A stretch of 64,000 nucleotides of DNA from Bacteroidales bacterium. Its GTDB lineage: Bacteria; Bacteroidota; Bacteroidia; Bacteroidales; WCHB1-69. Under the pieces are notes generated by a model. The model was not told the DNA's origin. It was given only the letters and a program-made list of their open reading frames with translations, and searched no databases. Shown here piece by piece: positions 19,013 through 29,501 of this stretch (positions are counted from its first letter, which is position 1; each line of letters opens with the position of its first letter). The stretch spans positions 5,786-69,785 of the forward strand of contig JAZLLK010000028.1 in the NCBI GenBank assembly GCA_045598105.1, given 5' to 3'. The translations under genes and the position numbers were made by a program.

Positions 19013-19285
19013 TTATTTTTCCTGCCTGCGCGAATAATAAAAGTAGAGGAACAAATCGGTACCCACTATAAGTATATTAAACACATACAAAAATGTAACC
19101 CAATCGGCATTACCGGTAAGCTTGTGGGCTATTCCTAACATATAGCCCAGTATAATAATAATCATAAAGTGAGGACTTTTACCGGCCACCACCTTAGTAC
19201 GCAGGGCTTTTACAATAGAGAAAGGCCAGCTGCATGCAAAGCATAGCAGCATGAGCATTTCACATATAGAACTTACGGTATTCAT
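19013..19285 (-). CDS. Small 3-TM membrane protein, possibly PQ-loop/SemiSWEET-like
   Basis: 90 aa with three hydrophobic helices. SWPFSIVKALRTK..GKS resembles the PQ-loop motif region. Assignment is tentative. Confidence 0.4.
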   Translation of the reverse strand: MNTVSSICEMLMLLCFACSWPFSIVKALRTKVVAGKSPHFMIIIILGYMLGIAHKLTGNADWVTFLYVFNILIVGTDLFLYFYYSRRQEK

Positions 19286-19287
19286 TA

Positions 19288-19677
19288 TTATTGCTTATTT
19301 AATTTTGACATAAATCGTTCGTTATCCACTATAAAACGGCTGTGAACTGCCTCTCCTGCCAACACTTCACCGTCATACACCTGTATGTGAAAGGTAAGCT
19401 TACGCCCTTCTACGGCAGTAAGTTCACTTACACAGGTAAGCCTGTTTCCTATAGGCGATGCCTTTAAATGCTGCAAATGCACCTCTATACCTACCGTGCC
19501 GCTACCTTGCGGCAAATAAGGTTCCACACTTTTATAGGCAGTGCCTTCCATCCAGCCCAACATGGCCGGGGTGGCAAATACCGGCAACAGGCCGGAACCG
19601 TAACGGGAAGCAGTATCCCGCTCTTCTACTGTCATTTCTGCGGTGTATTTAATACCGGGAACTAATATGTTTTCCAT
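19288..19677 (-). CDS. Hotdog-fold thioesterase family protein
   Basis: 129 aa. ..VEERDTASRYGSGLLPVFATPAMLGWME.. matches the FlK-like/thioesterase superfamily pattern as I recall it. Confidence 0.6.
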   Translation of the reverse strand: MENILVPGIKYTAEMTVEERDTASRYGSGLLPVFATPAMLGWMEGTAYKSVEPYLPQGSGTVGIEVHLQHLKASPIGNRLTCVSELTAVEGRKLTFHIQVYDGEVLAGEAVHSRFIVDNERFMSKLNKQ

Positions 19678-20678
19678 TATTGCAGTATATCAAATAAGGC
19701 ATCCAGATTAGGAGTGAGTATAATTTCCGTTCTGCGGTTTTTGGCACGGGCTTCCTTGGTATCATCAGTATCCAAAGGTACGTATTCACCCCTGCCTGAA
19801 GCGGTGAGCCGCTGAGGATTTATTTCTTTACCGAATTTTAATATGGTTTTTACTATAGTGGTGGCACGCATCACACTCAAATCCCAATTATCACGTATTT
19901 GAGCGGCGGTAGCCGGCGAAAAAGGCACATTGTCGGTATGACCCTCCACCGTAACGTTAATAGTAGAATCGGCGGCCAGTACCTTGGCCAACTCCTGTAA
20001 GGCGGCTTCACCGCGGGCATCTATGGTAAACTTACCGCTGGCAAACAGCAGTTTTTCATCCATAGACACATATACCTTGCCGTTCTTTTCCGTAACAGCC
20101 AGTCCGCTGCCTTCAAACCCCTTAAGAGCCTGCTTTATTTTATTCTTCAATGCCAATACATCAGCATCTTTTTTATCCAATACGGCCTGTAATTCGGCCA
20201 ACTTGGCCTGCTGCTCGGCCAAAGCTGCTGTTTTGGCCTGTAAATCTTCTTCCAGCTTGTTTAATTCCTTTTCCTTGGCTTCCAAATTAGCCTGCATTTC
20301 CTGTAAGCGGGCCAGCATTTGCTCCGATTCCTTTTGATTACCTGCACTCATGGCATTATATGATGCCGACAACTCGTTATACCCTGACTGCAAGCGGGAT
20401 ACATTGGCTGCCAACTCTCGGCTCAACCTGCCCATATTGGTGGTATCACTTTTTAAACCGGCCACCTGCGCCTCCAACACTGCCTGCGAGGCTTCCAACT
20501 CGGTTACACGGTTCTTCAGGTCCAAATTCTCCGTGGTCAGCTTCGACTTTTCCGAAGTACAGTTTTTTAAATCATTAGCACATTCAGTGTATTTTTGCTT
20601 GGTTACACACCCTGTAATCATTAGTGCAGCCACGGCTGCTACTATAATCTGTTTCTTCATTACTATTCGTATTATCAT
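19677..20678 (-). CDS. OmpA-family lipoprotein with a long coiled-coil
   Basis: Lipobox (MITGC), about 150 aa of coiled coil, and a C-terminal OmpA-like domain (VEGHTDNVP..NRRTEIIL). Confidence 0.8.
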   Translation of the reverse strand: MIIRIVMKKQIIVAAVAALMITGCVTKQKYTECANDLKNCTSEKSKLTTENLDLKNRVTELEASQAVLEAQVAGLKSDTTNMGRLSRELAANVSRLQSGYNELSASYNAMSAGNQKESEQMLARLQEMQANLEAKEKELNKLEEDLQAKTAALAEQQAKLAELQAVLDKKDADVLALKNKIKQALKGFEGSGLAVTEKNGKVYVSMDEKLLFASGKFTIDARGEAALQELAKVLAADSTINVTVEGHTDNVPFSPATAAQIRDNWDLSVMRATTIVKTILKFGKEINPQRLTASGRGEYVPLDTDDTKEARAKNRRTEIILTPNLDALFDILQ

Positions 20679-20845
20679 TATATTGGCAAATTAAGAATTT
20701 TTTTTTGACATGATTGAGCTGTTTTTATTTTTTTTATAAACAAAGCAATTTTAGTGAATACAATCACACAATATTGTATATCAACACACTATAAACATAT
20801 CATTGTTTTTTGGTTCATCTGATACTAAAAAAAACTTTAATGCGT

Positions 20846-20853
20846 TACTTTTG
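20846..20853 (+). promoter_or_regulatory. -7 promoter box (TACTTTTG) for the transporter gene
   Basis: TAnnTTTG 26 nt upstream of ATG 20879. It lies inside the ORF-track extension that begins with TTG at 20810. Confidence 0.5.
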
Positions 20854-20878
20854 TTTTAAACGTAAAGATAAAGCGAGC

Positions 20879-21787
20879 ATGCAAAAAATAAGAAATTTAA
20901 TGTTGCCCATAGCCATAATTATGGGCATATTATTCCCTCATTTTTTTGAAAAAATAGGGTTTATAGTCCCCTATCTGATAGCATGTTCACTATTTATCAC
21001 CTATAGTAATTTACACATTGAGGACTTACATATAAAAAAAATACACCGTCAACTGCTGGCTTTTCAGCTGGCACTGGGCATAGGCAGCTACTATATACTG
21101 CTTCCGTTTAACCATATTATAGCCGAAGGGGTAATGATAAGTTCCTTAGGTCCCCTAGCCACGGCGGCAGTAGTGGTATCGGGCATGCTGGGAGCTGATA
21201 TAGGCATTATGACCACCTATACTTTACTGTGTAACATAGTTATAGCAGTAGTGTGTCCGGTATTTTTTTCGTTCATAGGTTGCCATGAAAGCACCTCCAT
21301 ACTGCAAGCCATGGGCATAGTATCACTGAAAGTATTTCCCATTATTATACTGCCTCTGCTGCTGGCACCGGCATGTAAAAAATGTTTCCCCGGCCTTACC
21401 CGCCTGTTGCAAAGGCACCAATACACCTCATTTTACCTGTGGGCCATATCACTCACGGTAGCCGTAGGTAAATCCATCAGCTACATATATGCACAAAACA
21501 ACAGCGTACACGGGCTTATAATACTCATGGCCATAGCTGCTCTTATACTATGCATTATACAATTCGGTGCAGGCCGATATATAGGCAAAAAAAATGGAGA
21601 TGTGGTGGCCGGAGGGCAGGCCGTGGGGCAAAAGAACACCATACTATGTATATGGATGGCTCAAACATTTTTAGAACCCCTGTCCTCCATAGTACCTGCC
21701 ATGTACATACTATGGCAAAACCTGTTCAACAGCTACCAGATATGGCAAAAAAACAAAAAGGACGCTGCCACGCAGCAAAAAAAATAA
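20879..21787 (+). CDS. Polytopic membrane transporter, bile acid:Na+ symporter (BASS/SBF-like) family, tentative
   Basis: About 300 aa with 8-10 predicted TM helices and a lysine-rich C-terminal tail. The family call is by overall resemblance only. Confidence 0.5.
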   Translation: MQKIRNLMLPIAIIMGILFPHFFEKIGFIVPYLIACSLFITYSNLHIEDLHIKKIHRQLLAFQLALGIGSYYILLPFNHIIAEGVMISSLGPLATAAVVVSGMLGADIGIMTTYTLLCNIVIAVVCPVFFSFIGCHESTSILQAMGIVSLKVFPIIILPLLLAPACKKCFPGLTRLLQRHQYTSFYLWAISLTVAVGKSISYIYAQNNSVHGLIILMAIAALILCIIQFGAGRYIGKKNGDVVAGGQAVGQKNTILCIWMAQTFLEPLSSIVPAMYILWQNLFNSYQIWQKNKKDAATQQKK

Positions 21788-21789
21788 AA

Positions 21790-22392
21790 TTAAATATTGG
21801 ATTGCACCATTATGGCATGAAGCATATCCTTAGCCCTGAATAATTTGGCTTTTACCGTACCCAAAGGAATATTAAGCGTGTGGGCTATTTCCTCATACGA
21901 CATATCTTCATAATATCGTAACTCTATAAGTTCACGATAATGTGGTTTTAACTGATTGACAAACTCGCGTATTTGAGCATTTTTCTCCTTACTGAACAGG
22001 TTTTCCTCAGGAGTGGGCTTATCGTCATTAATTTCAAATACAAGACCTTCACCATCTTCATCATGTTGGTCAATGGTGAACATGTTCAGCTTTTTCTTAC
22101 GAAGAAAATCCACACAATTATTAGAGGCTATTTTAAACAGCCATGTGCTGAATGCATACTCGTCGGTATACAAATGCAGGTTCTTAAAAGCCTTGCCAAA
22201 GGCTTCTATAGTTAAATCTTCCGCATCATACGGGTCATTCACCATTTTGTACATTAACATGTATAAGGAATCCTTATAGTTATGCAGCAATTCGGTGTAT
22301 GCTTTTTGACTGCCGGTGTCTACGGCTTCTCTCACCAGCGCATAATCCCGTTTGGCTTTAGGGGTGAGGGCTTCATTACATCTCAATTCCAT
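21790..22392 (-). CDS. RNA polymerase sigma-70 family factor (ECF-like)
   Basis: Region 2 (YAFSTWLFKIASNNCVDFLRKK) and a region 4 helix-turn-helix (MSYEEIAHTLNIPLGTVKAKLFRAK). Confidence 0.8.
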   Translation of the reverse strand: MELRCNEALTPKAKRDYALVREAVDTGSQKAYTELLHNYKDSLYMLMYKMVNDPYDAEDLTIEAFGKAFKNLHLYTDEYAFSTWLFKIASNNCVDFLRKKKLNMFTIDQHDEDGEGLVFEINDDKPTPEENLFSKEKNAQIREFVNQLKPHYRELIELRYYEDMSYEEIAHTLNIPLGTVKAKLFRAKDMLHAIMVQSNI

Positions 22393-23627
22393 CGTACCTG
22401 CTTTTTAATTAATAACTTACATTGCAACCAAGGCATCAATATTACAAATAGTATATCCATTAAAGGGATATACGGTAATAAGTTTTTTTCTTGTAACTTT
22501 TTGCCTGACAGTGCAAAAACAATAAACTGGGATAAAGCTTTAATTACATATATACCTGTTAAGACCAAACCTGATTTAAGGTTATGCATGTACAAAAATG
22601 AAGCCAAAACCAAACTTACGTAAAAGAAAAAATTACTTACCCAATACAAACCGAGAGAAAACTTATTATTTCTACGGTAGAATTTGCTTGCGCTAAGGTG
22701 GCGTTTTTTGCGTCGCATCCATTGTGCGAACGAATAATCACGCTGCACCGACATAGTATGTGATGCCGGCACATACATGCATGCGGTATTGGAAGCATTG
22801 GCTACCGAATTAATAAACAGGTCATCATCACCTGATATGGAATTATGAGCCGACAGGTATGCATGGGCATCCATATAGAGACTTTTTTCATACATAAGGT
22901 TACGCCCCACCCCCATATAAGGCTTGCCCTTAAGGGCAAAAGAAAAATATTGTATAGCCGTGTGTAAGGTATCATAACGGACCAGCTTATCCATAAAACC
23001 GGGCTTTTGTTCATAAGCGCCATACCCCAGCACTATAGAACGCTCATTTTGGTGACCTGCCACCATATAACGTATCCACTGATTGGTACGGGGCATACAA
23101 TCGGCATCGGTGAGCAACAGCAAATTATATTTGGCAGAGCGTATGCCTACGGCCAAGGCCAGCTTTTTGCCCTGCCCCGAATCTATATTGGTGCTTATGT
23201 GCACCATGTGCAAATTACTATACTGCGACATAAGAGGAGCTAAAGCCTCTTCTATGCCGTCATCGGAATTATCATCCACTATAAGCACCTCATACTCCGG
23301 ATAATTCTGCTCCATTATAATGGGTAAAAAACGACGAAGAAAACGAACCTCGTTTTTGGCACATATTATTACCGATACCGGCTCCAAATGGTCATGGGCG
23401 TGAGCCTGCGGCTTTTTTGCAAATGCAAAACGTGCATACACACCCCACAAATAGTACAACTGAACTACTCCACATAGCACAAGTATGATAAAACACCACA
23501 CATCAATACCGAATATAAAACACTCACTCACAAGTATATACCAGATACAAATATAATAAAAAAAATATGTTAATAAGTTGATGGCAAAAATATTCCAACT
23601 AATAAAATAAAAGCGTATTTTTGCCAA
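22383..23627 (-). CDS. Membrane-anchored family 2 glycosyltransferase
   Basis: VSVIICAKNE..YEVLIVDDNSDDG, a TDADC DxD-type motif, and N- and C-terminal TM helices. The track start is a TTG and there is no in-frame ATG before the catalytic domain, so the start is uncertain. Confidence 0.7.
   Translation of the reverse strand: MAKIRFYFISWNIFAINLLTYFFYYICIWYILVSECFIFGIDVWCFIILVLCGVVQLYYLWGVYARFAFAKKPQAHAHDHLEPVSVIICAKNEVRFLRRFLPIIMEQNYPEYEVLIVDDNSDDGIEEALAPLMSQYSNLHMVHISTNIDSGQGKKLALAVGIRSAKYNLLLLTDADCMPRTNQWIRYMVAGHQNERSIVLGYGAYEQKPGFMDKLVRYDTLHTAIQYFSFALKGKPYMGVGRNLMYEKSLYMDAHAYLSAHNSISGDDDLFINSVANASNTACMYVPASHTMSVQRDYSFAQWMRRKKRHLSASKFYRRNNKFSLGLYWVSNFFFYVSLVLASFLYMHNLKSGLVLTGIYVIKALSQFIVFALSGKKLQEKNLLPYIPLMDILFVILMPWLQCKLLIKKQVRWN
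23616..23623 (+). promoter_or_regulatory. -7 promoter box (TATTTTTG) for tgt
   Basis: TAnnTTTG 19 nt upstream of ATG 23642. It overlaps the putative TTG start of the divergent GT2 gene. Confidence 0.5.
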
Positions 23628-23641
23628 AATTTACTAACAGA

Positions 23642-24772
23642 ATGAAGTTTATAATTTCAGGAACAGATAACAGGTCTTCGGCACGATACGGAGAATTACA
23701 TACTGACAGCGGTATTATACACACACCCATATTCATGCCGGTAGGCACGGTGGGCTCGGTAAAGGGCGTACACATTAAGGATTTAAGTGACCACATAGGT
23801 GCCGAAATTATATTGGGCAATACCTATCACCTGTATTTACGACCGGGCATGCAGGTAATAGCGGAAGCCGGCGGACTACACCGCTTTAACGGCTGGAATG
23901 GTCCCATACTCACCGATAGTGGCGGATTTCAGGTATTTTCACTTAATGACCGCCGCAAAATAGCCGAAAAAGGGGTAAAATTCTCCTCACATATAGACGG
24001 CTCCAAGCATGAGTTTACACCGGAGAACGTAATAGACACCCAGCGTATTATAGGATCAGACATTATGATGGCCTTTGACGAGTGCACCCCATACCCTGCC
24101 ACCAGGGAATATGCCACACAGTCCATGCGTCGTACCCATCGCTGGTTGCAGCGATGCTGCACGCAATATGAGCATACCGAGCCGCTATACGGCCGCTACC
24201 AGTCGCTATTTCCCATAGTACAGGGTAGCGTATATAATGACTTACGCACCGAATCGGCCGAATATGTAGCCAATATGAACATGGACGGCAATGCCATAGG
24301 CGGCGTATCGGTAGGTGAACCCACCGACATGATGTATGAAATTACCGACTTATGCTGCCACATACTGCCTAAAGACAAGCCTCGCTACCTTATGGGCGTG
24401 GGCACACCTGCCAATATATTGGAATGCATAGCCTTAGGTGTGGATATGTTCGACTGCGTAATGCCCACCCGCAACGGACGCAATGCGGTACTATTCACCC
24501 GTAACGGCATTATGAATATGCGTAATGAAAAATGGAAACATGACTTTTCACCCATAGACGAGCAAAGCGACCTTTTTGCCGACAGGGAATACTCCAAGGC
24601 CTACCTGCGGCATCTGTTTATGAATGGAGAAATGCTGGGCAGCATGATAGGCAGCCTGCACAACCTGCATTTTTACCTGTGGCTGGTAAAAGAAGCCCGC
24701 CGACACATAATAGAAGGAGATTTTGCCATGTGGAAAAATCAAATGGTGCCTGCAATATCACAAAGGTTATAA
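23642..24772 (+). CDS. tgt: Queuine tRNA-ribosyltransferase (tRNA-guanine transglycosylase)
   Basis: FMPVGT, LTDSGGFQVFSL, and the Zn-site region CDCVMPTRNGRN..H. Start set to MKFIISG. Confidence 0.9.
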   Translation: MKFIISGTDNRSSARYGELHTDSGIIHTPIFMPVGTVGSVKGVHIKDLSDHIGAEIILGNTYHLYLRPGMQVIAEAGGLHRFNGWNGPILTDSGGFQVFSLNDRRKIAEKGVKFSSHIDGSKHEFTPENVIDTQRIIGSDIMMAFDECTPYPATREYATQSMRRTHRWLQRCCTQYEHTEPLYGRYQSLFPIVQGSVYNDLRTESAEYVANMNMDGNAIGGVSVGEPTDMMYEITDLCCHILPKDKPRYLMGVGTPANILECIALGVDMFDCVMPTRNGRNAVLFTRNGIMNMRNEKWKHDFSPIDEQSDLFADREYSKAYLRHLFMNGEMLGSMIGSLHNLHFYLWLVKEARRHIIEGDFAMWKNQMVPAISQRL

Positions 24773-24777
24773 GCAAT

Positions 24778-25761
24778 ATGAACTTTAGAACCGAAATAAA
24801 CGAGCCTGCTTCCACATGGAACATAGGACATGAGCATCAGCTGATGCTCATAGGCTCATGTTTTGCCGAAAACATAGGCATGAAACTCACCCAAGCCAAA
24901 TTTCCCGTTGTAATAAACCCTTACGGCATATTATTTAATCCCGCCTCGGTAGCCAATTGTATTACCGACCTGTGTAAAGAAAGGGTTTTCACATACCATG
25001 ACCTGGACTACGCACACAACGAATGGTTCAGCTATAGCCATCACAGCTGCTTTAATCATACTGACAGGGAACTGTGCCTGCAAGGCATAAACAGCAACAA
25101 TGCTTTGTGCCGACATACACTACTGCACGCCCGATACCTTATACTTACCCTGGGCTCGGCCTATGCCTACAGGCATAAAGGAAAAAACATAATAGCAGGC
25201 AACTGCCACAAAGCCGACAGTAAATTATTTGACCGCATATTGCTTTCGGTAAATGAAATTACCGACCTCCTGTTACAGGCTCTTACGACTGTAAGGGAGT
25301 TGAATCCGCAGGTGAATATATTGTTTACGGTAAGCCCCATACGCTATGTAAAATACAAGCCTGCCGAAAACATGCTCAGCAAGGCTCATCTTATATGTGC
25401 CATAGAAAACATACGGAAGCAGCTGAGCAATACGGAATATTTTCCCTCGTATGAAATCATGATGGACGACCTGAGGGACTACCGGTTTTATGCCGCTGAC
25501 ATGATACACCCAAATGACACAGCCATAGACTATATATGGCATAAATTTTGTGCATGCTATTTTACGCCCCGCACCATGGAAGTGGTGCAAAAGGCTAATG
25601 ATATATATATGTCAAGGAATCACATAATTAAGAGTAAAGCCACGGATGACATTCATAAATTTGCCACCGCTCAGCTGCTCAAAATAGAGCAACTTACCGC
25701 CCTATGCCCGTATATAAATATGCGGGAAGAAACAGATTATTTTAAATCATTAATACAATAG
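24778..25761 (+). CDS. GSCFA domain protein
   Basis: Literal GSCFA motif ([12 protein letters not shown]), SGNH-like layout, about 327 aa. Start set to MNFRTEI. Confidence 0.8.
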   Translation: MNFRTEINEPASTWNIGHEHQLMLIGSCFAENIGMKLTQAKFPVVINPYGILFNPASVANCITDLCKERVFTYHDLDYAHNEWFSYSHHSCFNHTDRELCLQGINSNNALCRHTLLHARYLILTLGSAYAYRHKGKNIIAGNCHKADSKLFDRILLSVNEITDLLLQALTTVRELNPQVNILFTVSPIRYVKYKPAENMLSKAHLICAIENIRKQLSNTEYFPSYEIMMDDLRDYRFYAADMIHPNDTAIDYIWHKFCACYFTPRTMEVVQKANDIYMSRNHIIKSKATDDIHKFATAQLLKIEQLTALCPYINMREETDYFKSLIQ

Positions 25762-25763
25762 GT

Positions 25764-26774
25764 ATGGACATAAACTTATCCATAACAGCAGGAAAAATAG
25801 CCCAAATGATACAAGGTAGCATAGAGGGCAATGCCGATGTAAAGGTAAACAAATTCATAAAAATAGAAAGTGAAGAAGAAGGCGGATTGTCATTTGCAGG
25901 AAGTGCTAAATTTGAGTCCTACGTGTACACATCACACGCTGCCGCCATTATCATATATGACAGTTTTACCCCCGCTAAGCCTGTAAAGGCCACCCTTATC
26001 AGGGTGAAAAACCCGCAGGTAGCATTTGTTCATTTAATGCAATACTATGCCAGCCTGGCACCTGTAAAAATGGGGGTATCACCCCATGCTTATGTGGCCG
26101 ATTCGGCCAAAATAGGGCAAAGAGTGTACATAGGGGAAGGTGCCGTAATAGGTGAAAATGCCGTAATAGCCGATGACTGCAAAATATATCCTCAATGTTA
26201 TGTAGGGGACAATGTAAGCATAGGGGAAGACACCATATTATATGCCGGGGTAAAAGTATATTATAATTGTGTAATAGGCAACAATTGCATACTGCACAGC
26301 GGATGCGTAATAGGCGCTGACGGCTTTGGATTCATACCAAACGAAAACGGCGTATATGAAAAAATACCTCAGCTGGGCAATGTGATAATAGAAGATGACG
26401 TAGAAATAGGAGCCAACAGTTGCATAGACAGGGCCATGCTGGAATCCACCATTATAGAGCACGGCGTAAAAATAGACAACCTGAACCAAATAGCCCACAA
26501 CTGCATTATAGGGCATGACACCGTAATAGCAGCCTGCTGCGGCATAGCCGGCTCGGTAGAAGTGGGCAACCACTGCGTAATGGCAGGTCAGGTAGGAGTA
26601 AAAGACCACGTACGCATAGGTAACGGCGTAATGGTGGGCTCACAGGCCGGCATACATAAGAATATTAAAGACGGTCAAAACATACTGGGTACTCCCGCCA
26701 TGGACGGCAAAAAAATGATGAAAATATATGCTGCCATGAACTACCTGCCCGAATTGGTAGAAAAGAACCGATAA
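25764..26774 (+). CDS. lpxD: UDP-3-O-acylglucosamine N-acyltransferase
   Basis: N-terminal LpxD domain, a long run of hexapeptide repeats (IGENAVI, IGEDTIL, IGNNCIL..), and the GFGF region. 336 aa. Confidence 0.9.
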   Translation: MDINLSITAGKIAQMIQGSIEGNADVKVNKFIKIESEEEGGLSFAGSAKFESYVYTSHAAAIIIYDSFTPAKPVKATLIRVKNPQVAFVHLMQYYASLAPVKMGVSPHAYVADSAKIGQRVYIGEGAVIGENAVIADDCKIYPQCYVGDNVSIGEDTILYAGVKVYYNCVIGNNCILHSGCVIGADGFGFIPNENGVYEKIPQLGNVIIEDDVEIGANSCIDRAMLESTIIEHGVKIDNLNQIAHNCIIGHDTVIAACCGIAGSVEVGNHCVMAGQVGVKDHVRIGNGVMVGSQAGIHKNIKDGQNILGTPAMDGKKMMKIYAAMNYLPELVEKNR

Positions 26775-26785
26775 CATTATATAAT

Positions 26786-27997
26786 ATGCGTTTACGCACA
26801 CACTGCATACTCATAATAGTGATATGCCTGGCGGCAACACTAAGTACTTCCTGCTGGAAGGACCGCACCTTAAAGGACAAAACCATGAGCGGGCAAGTTG
26901 CCGTACAGGCCGATATTACCCCCTCATACGGCTTGCCTTTGCTCCACTATAGCATGGATAGCCGCCAACTGATGACTTGGCTCAATGAGTCCTGCTTTGC
27001 TTCCAACTTCAGCGTTTATTTTGACAGTACCGACCATAATTTAGGCTACTTCGCCTATGACAAAACAGTGGTACCCATAACCGCTCAAATAGTGGAAAAC
27101 CAATTTGACACCTCGGGCATGTTCCCCATGCTGGAAGTAAACTACCCGCAAGGAATAAAAATACATCGCGCCTACATTAAGACTTATGTAAACAACTATT
27201 ATAATGCCGACTTTTCTTTCTACAACGCCAATATATACTACGCTGATTTTTACGGACGTATTACTCAGGTGCAGGTGGATATGCCCCATTCGGTACATGT
27301 ACCTGCCGCTACTACCGCCGGCAACCCTGCTAAACAGCACCTGTTCAATGCTATTATTACCAGCCCCATGACACTTATGGGCTATGGCACCACCGTATTT
27401 TACACCTTTCGCAGCAAAGTACTTAATACACAATACCCCATAGGCCACATAGAAATAATACCGGAAATTCACGTACCTGCATGGATAAGCCTTACCCAAA
27501 TGGAATACAAGGACACCATTGCCATAGAAAACGATAACCTGAACCGCTTATTTAACCCCCATGACAGCACAGGCACCCTACACATACAAGGACTTAGCAT
27601 GCAGGCTAAAATAACCAACCGCTTCCCTATAGCCCTTACCTGCCAATGCGTACTGCTGGACGAAAACAAGGAAGTATTAGGAGATATGTTTAACACCCCC
27701 ATACATGTAGATGCCGCCCCTATAGACGGACAATACATGATAAGCCAAAACACGTATAAAGAATTCTCATGGGAAGTACCCCAAGGCTCTTCCCTGCATA
27801 AGCAGCTGTGCAAAGCCAAATACATACTCATAAACGGCGTATTTGACACATATAAAAATAGTGATGTAAAATTATACCAATCAAATTATTTAGACATAAA
27901 AATTAATACCAAGCTCAACACCTGCATTAAAGGAGATATAAACAACCTTATTTCCGCCTCTCCAAAGACAAAAAGCCCTCAATTATCCACCCGTTAA
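26786..27997 (+). CDS. Lipoprotein of unknown function
   Basis: Signal peptide with lipobox (LSTSC) and a long N/Y/T-rich beta-type sequence. No motif I can place. 11 nt after lpxD. Confidence 0.6.
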   Translation: MRLRTHCILIIVICLAATLSTSCWKDRTLKDKTMSGQVAVQADITPSYGLPLLHYSMDSRQLMTWLNESCFASNFSVYFDSTDHNLGYFAYDKTVVPITAQIVENQFDTSGMFPMLEVNYPQGIKIHRAYIKTYVNNYYNADFSFYNANIYYADFYGRITQVQVDMPHSVHVPAATTAGNPAKQHLFNAIITSPMTLMGYGTTVFYTFRSKVLNTQYPIGHIEIIPEIHVPAWISLTQMEYKDTIAIENDNLNRLFNPHDSTGTLHIQGLSMQAKITNRFPIALTCQCVLLDENKEVLGDMFNTPIHVDAAPIDGQYMISQNTYKEFSWEVPQGSSLHKQLCKAKYILINGVFDTYKNSDVKLYQSNYLDIKINTKLNTCIKGDINNLISASPKTKSPQLSTR

Positions 27998-28001
27998 AAC
28001 T

Positions 28002-29348
28002 ATGAATACAAAACAAATAATATACATTATACTGTTGATGCTATCAATGTGGAACGCTACAGCTCAAAACACTTACCTTCTATACGACCTGCGTACGCCT
28101 CAACGTTTGGATGAAAATCCGGGCTGCTATGTCCCTTACAAATTCCACATAGGTTTTCCTGCTCTAAGCAGGGTACAGGCCGGAGCCGACTCCCCTTTAA
28201 GCTATGGAGAAATAATGATGATACAGCCCCGGCTGATGCGGCATATACATACCAATAACTATACACGACTTGGCATAAGGGACAATTTGATAGATTTCGG
28301 ATTTCGTATAAAGAATCATCACTATTTGTTTTTTACAGCCTCGGCACAAGCCGATGCTCTGGTAAATGTAAAAAAAGGCTTTTTTGACTTTATTATACAC
28401 GGCAATGCCGACCACGAAGGTGAAAGCATGCAGCTATTAGGCAATGATGCTGTTTATGAGGAAGCGTATATAGCATACGGAATAGGTTACAATATGGAAG
28501 TAAACAATCATTTTTCATGGGGTATAAAGCTTAAATACCTGATGGGCATAGCCAATATGTACACTTCACAGGCACACATGGAGCTGACAACAGCCCCAAA
28601 CTATGATTCCTTGAGTATAGACTATGGTTTTATCGCCCGCATGAACAATATGGACTACCTGCTACAGAACGACTATGGCAATTATTTGATGCAAACCTTA
28701 AAGCACCCCAACCATGGGGCGGCCATAGACGTGGGCTTGCGTTACCGCGTTCACCGCTGTGCGGAGCTGAGTTTAGCCTGCACCGATATAGGATTTATAC
28801 GCTGGCAGCAGGTTACGCAGGCAAGCGTTGACTATGCTCACGTTAACTATACCGGTCCGCACATGTACGGCATGAATGAAAAAACAAGTATGGAAGACTG
28901 CCTGGAAGAATTTACCGACTCACTAAAAAGAAGTTTTGAATATAACACCGACACCGTAAGCATACCCTCTTATAGTAAAATGATAAGCATGCACCTGCAT
29001 GCCGGCGGCTACCTGTATGCCTCCCGCAACGACCGCTTCGGACTATACTTTCACGCTACCCTCACCCATGGACAATTTATTCCTTCAGGTACCATATCCT
29101 ATCACCACACCTGCGGTAAATGGGTGGATTTTACCATAGGCAATACCTTTAAGAACAATAGCTGGTTCAACCCCGGAGCGGGCATATCCTTCCATTTTGG
29201 CGTATTCCAAATGTACATAATGGCCGATTACATCAACAGCACCTATATAGACCGCATACGCAACATCAATGCGGTAATAGGCATTAATTTCACATACAAA
29301 CGCTACCCCTATCGCTATCACCGCCGTAATGACAGGGCCAGCAAATAA
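28002..29348 (+). CDS. Predicted outer-membrane beta-barrel protein of unknown function
   Basis: Signal peptide (..WNATAQ), alternating amphipathic strands (GIGYNMEV, WGIKLKYLMG, AIDVGLRYRV, LSLACTDIGFIRW, GAGISFHFG, VIGINFTY). It resembles uncharacterised Bacteroidota OMP families (the DxGfIxW pattern), but this is unverified. Confidence 0.5.
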   Translation: MNTKQIIYIILLMLSMWNATAQNTYLLYDLRTPQRLDENPGCYVPYKFHIGFPALSRVQAGADSPLSYGEIMMIQPRLMRHIHTNNYTRLGIRDNLIDFGFRIKNHHYLFFTASAQADALVNVKKGFFDFIIHGNADHEGESMQLLGNDAVYEEAYIAYGIGYNMEVNNHFSWGIKLKYLMGIANMYTSQAHMELTTAPNYDSLSIDYGFIARMNNMDYLLQNDYGNYLMQTLKHPNHGAAIDVGLRYRVHRCAELSLACTDIGFIRWQQVTQASVDYAHVNYTGPHMYGMNEKTSMEDCLEEFTDSLKRSFEYNTDTVSIPSYSKMISMHLHAGGYLYASRNDRFGLYFHATLTHGQFIPSGTISYHHTCGKWVDFTIGNTFKNNSWFNPGAGISFHFGVFQMYIMADYINSTYIDRIRNINAVIGINFTYKRYPYRYHRRNDRASK

Positions 29349-29483
29349 TAACCATACTGGCACATATAATACCCTATAAACATACTTTAAGCAATACGGG
29401 AGTAATTTCACTAATTTTGAGGTCTAAAAATATGGCTAAATACACTCCGGCGGTAATAGCCGTAAAAAGTTTCAGAAAAGGGA

Positions 29484-29501
29484 ATGCCACATATGTGGCA
29501 T
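29484..29501. repeat. Perfect 18-bp palindrome atgccacatATGTGGCAT in a 310-bp non-coding gap
   Basis: atgccacat / atgtggcat are exact reverse complements, flanked by direct gggaatg copies at 29480-29486 and 29508-29514. Confidence 0.8.
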
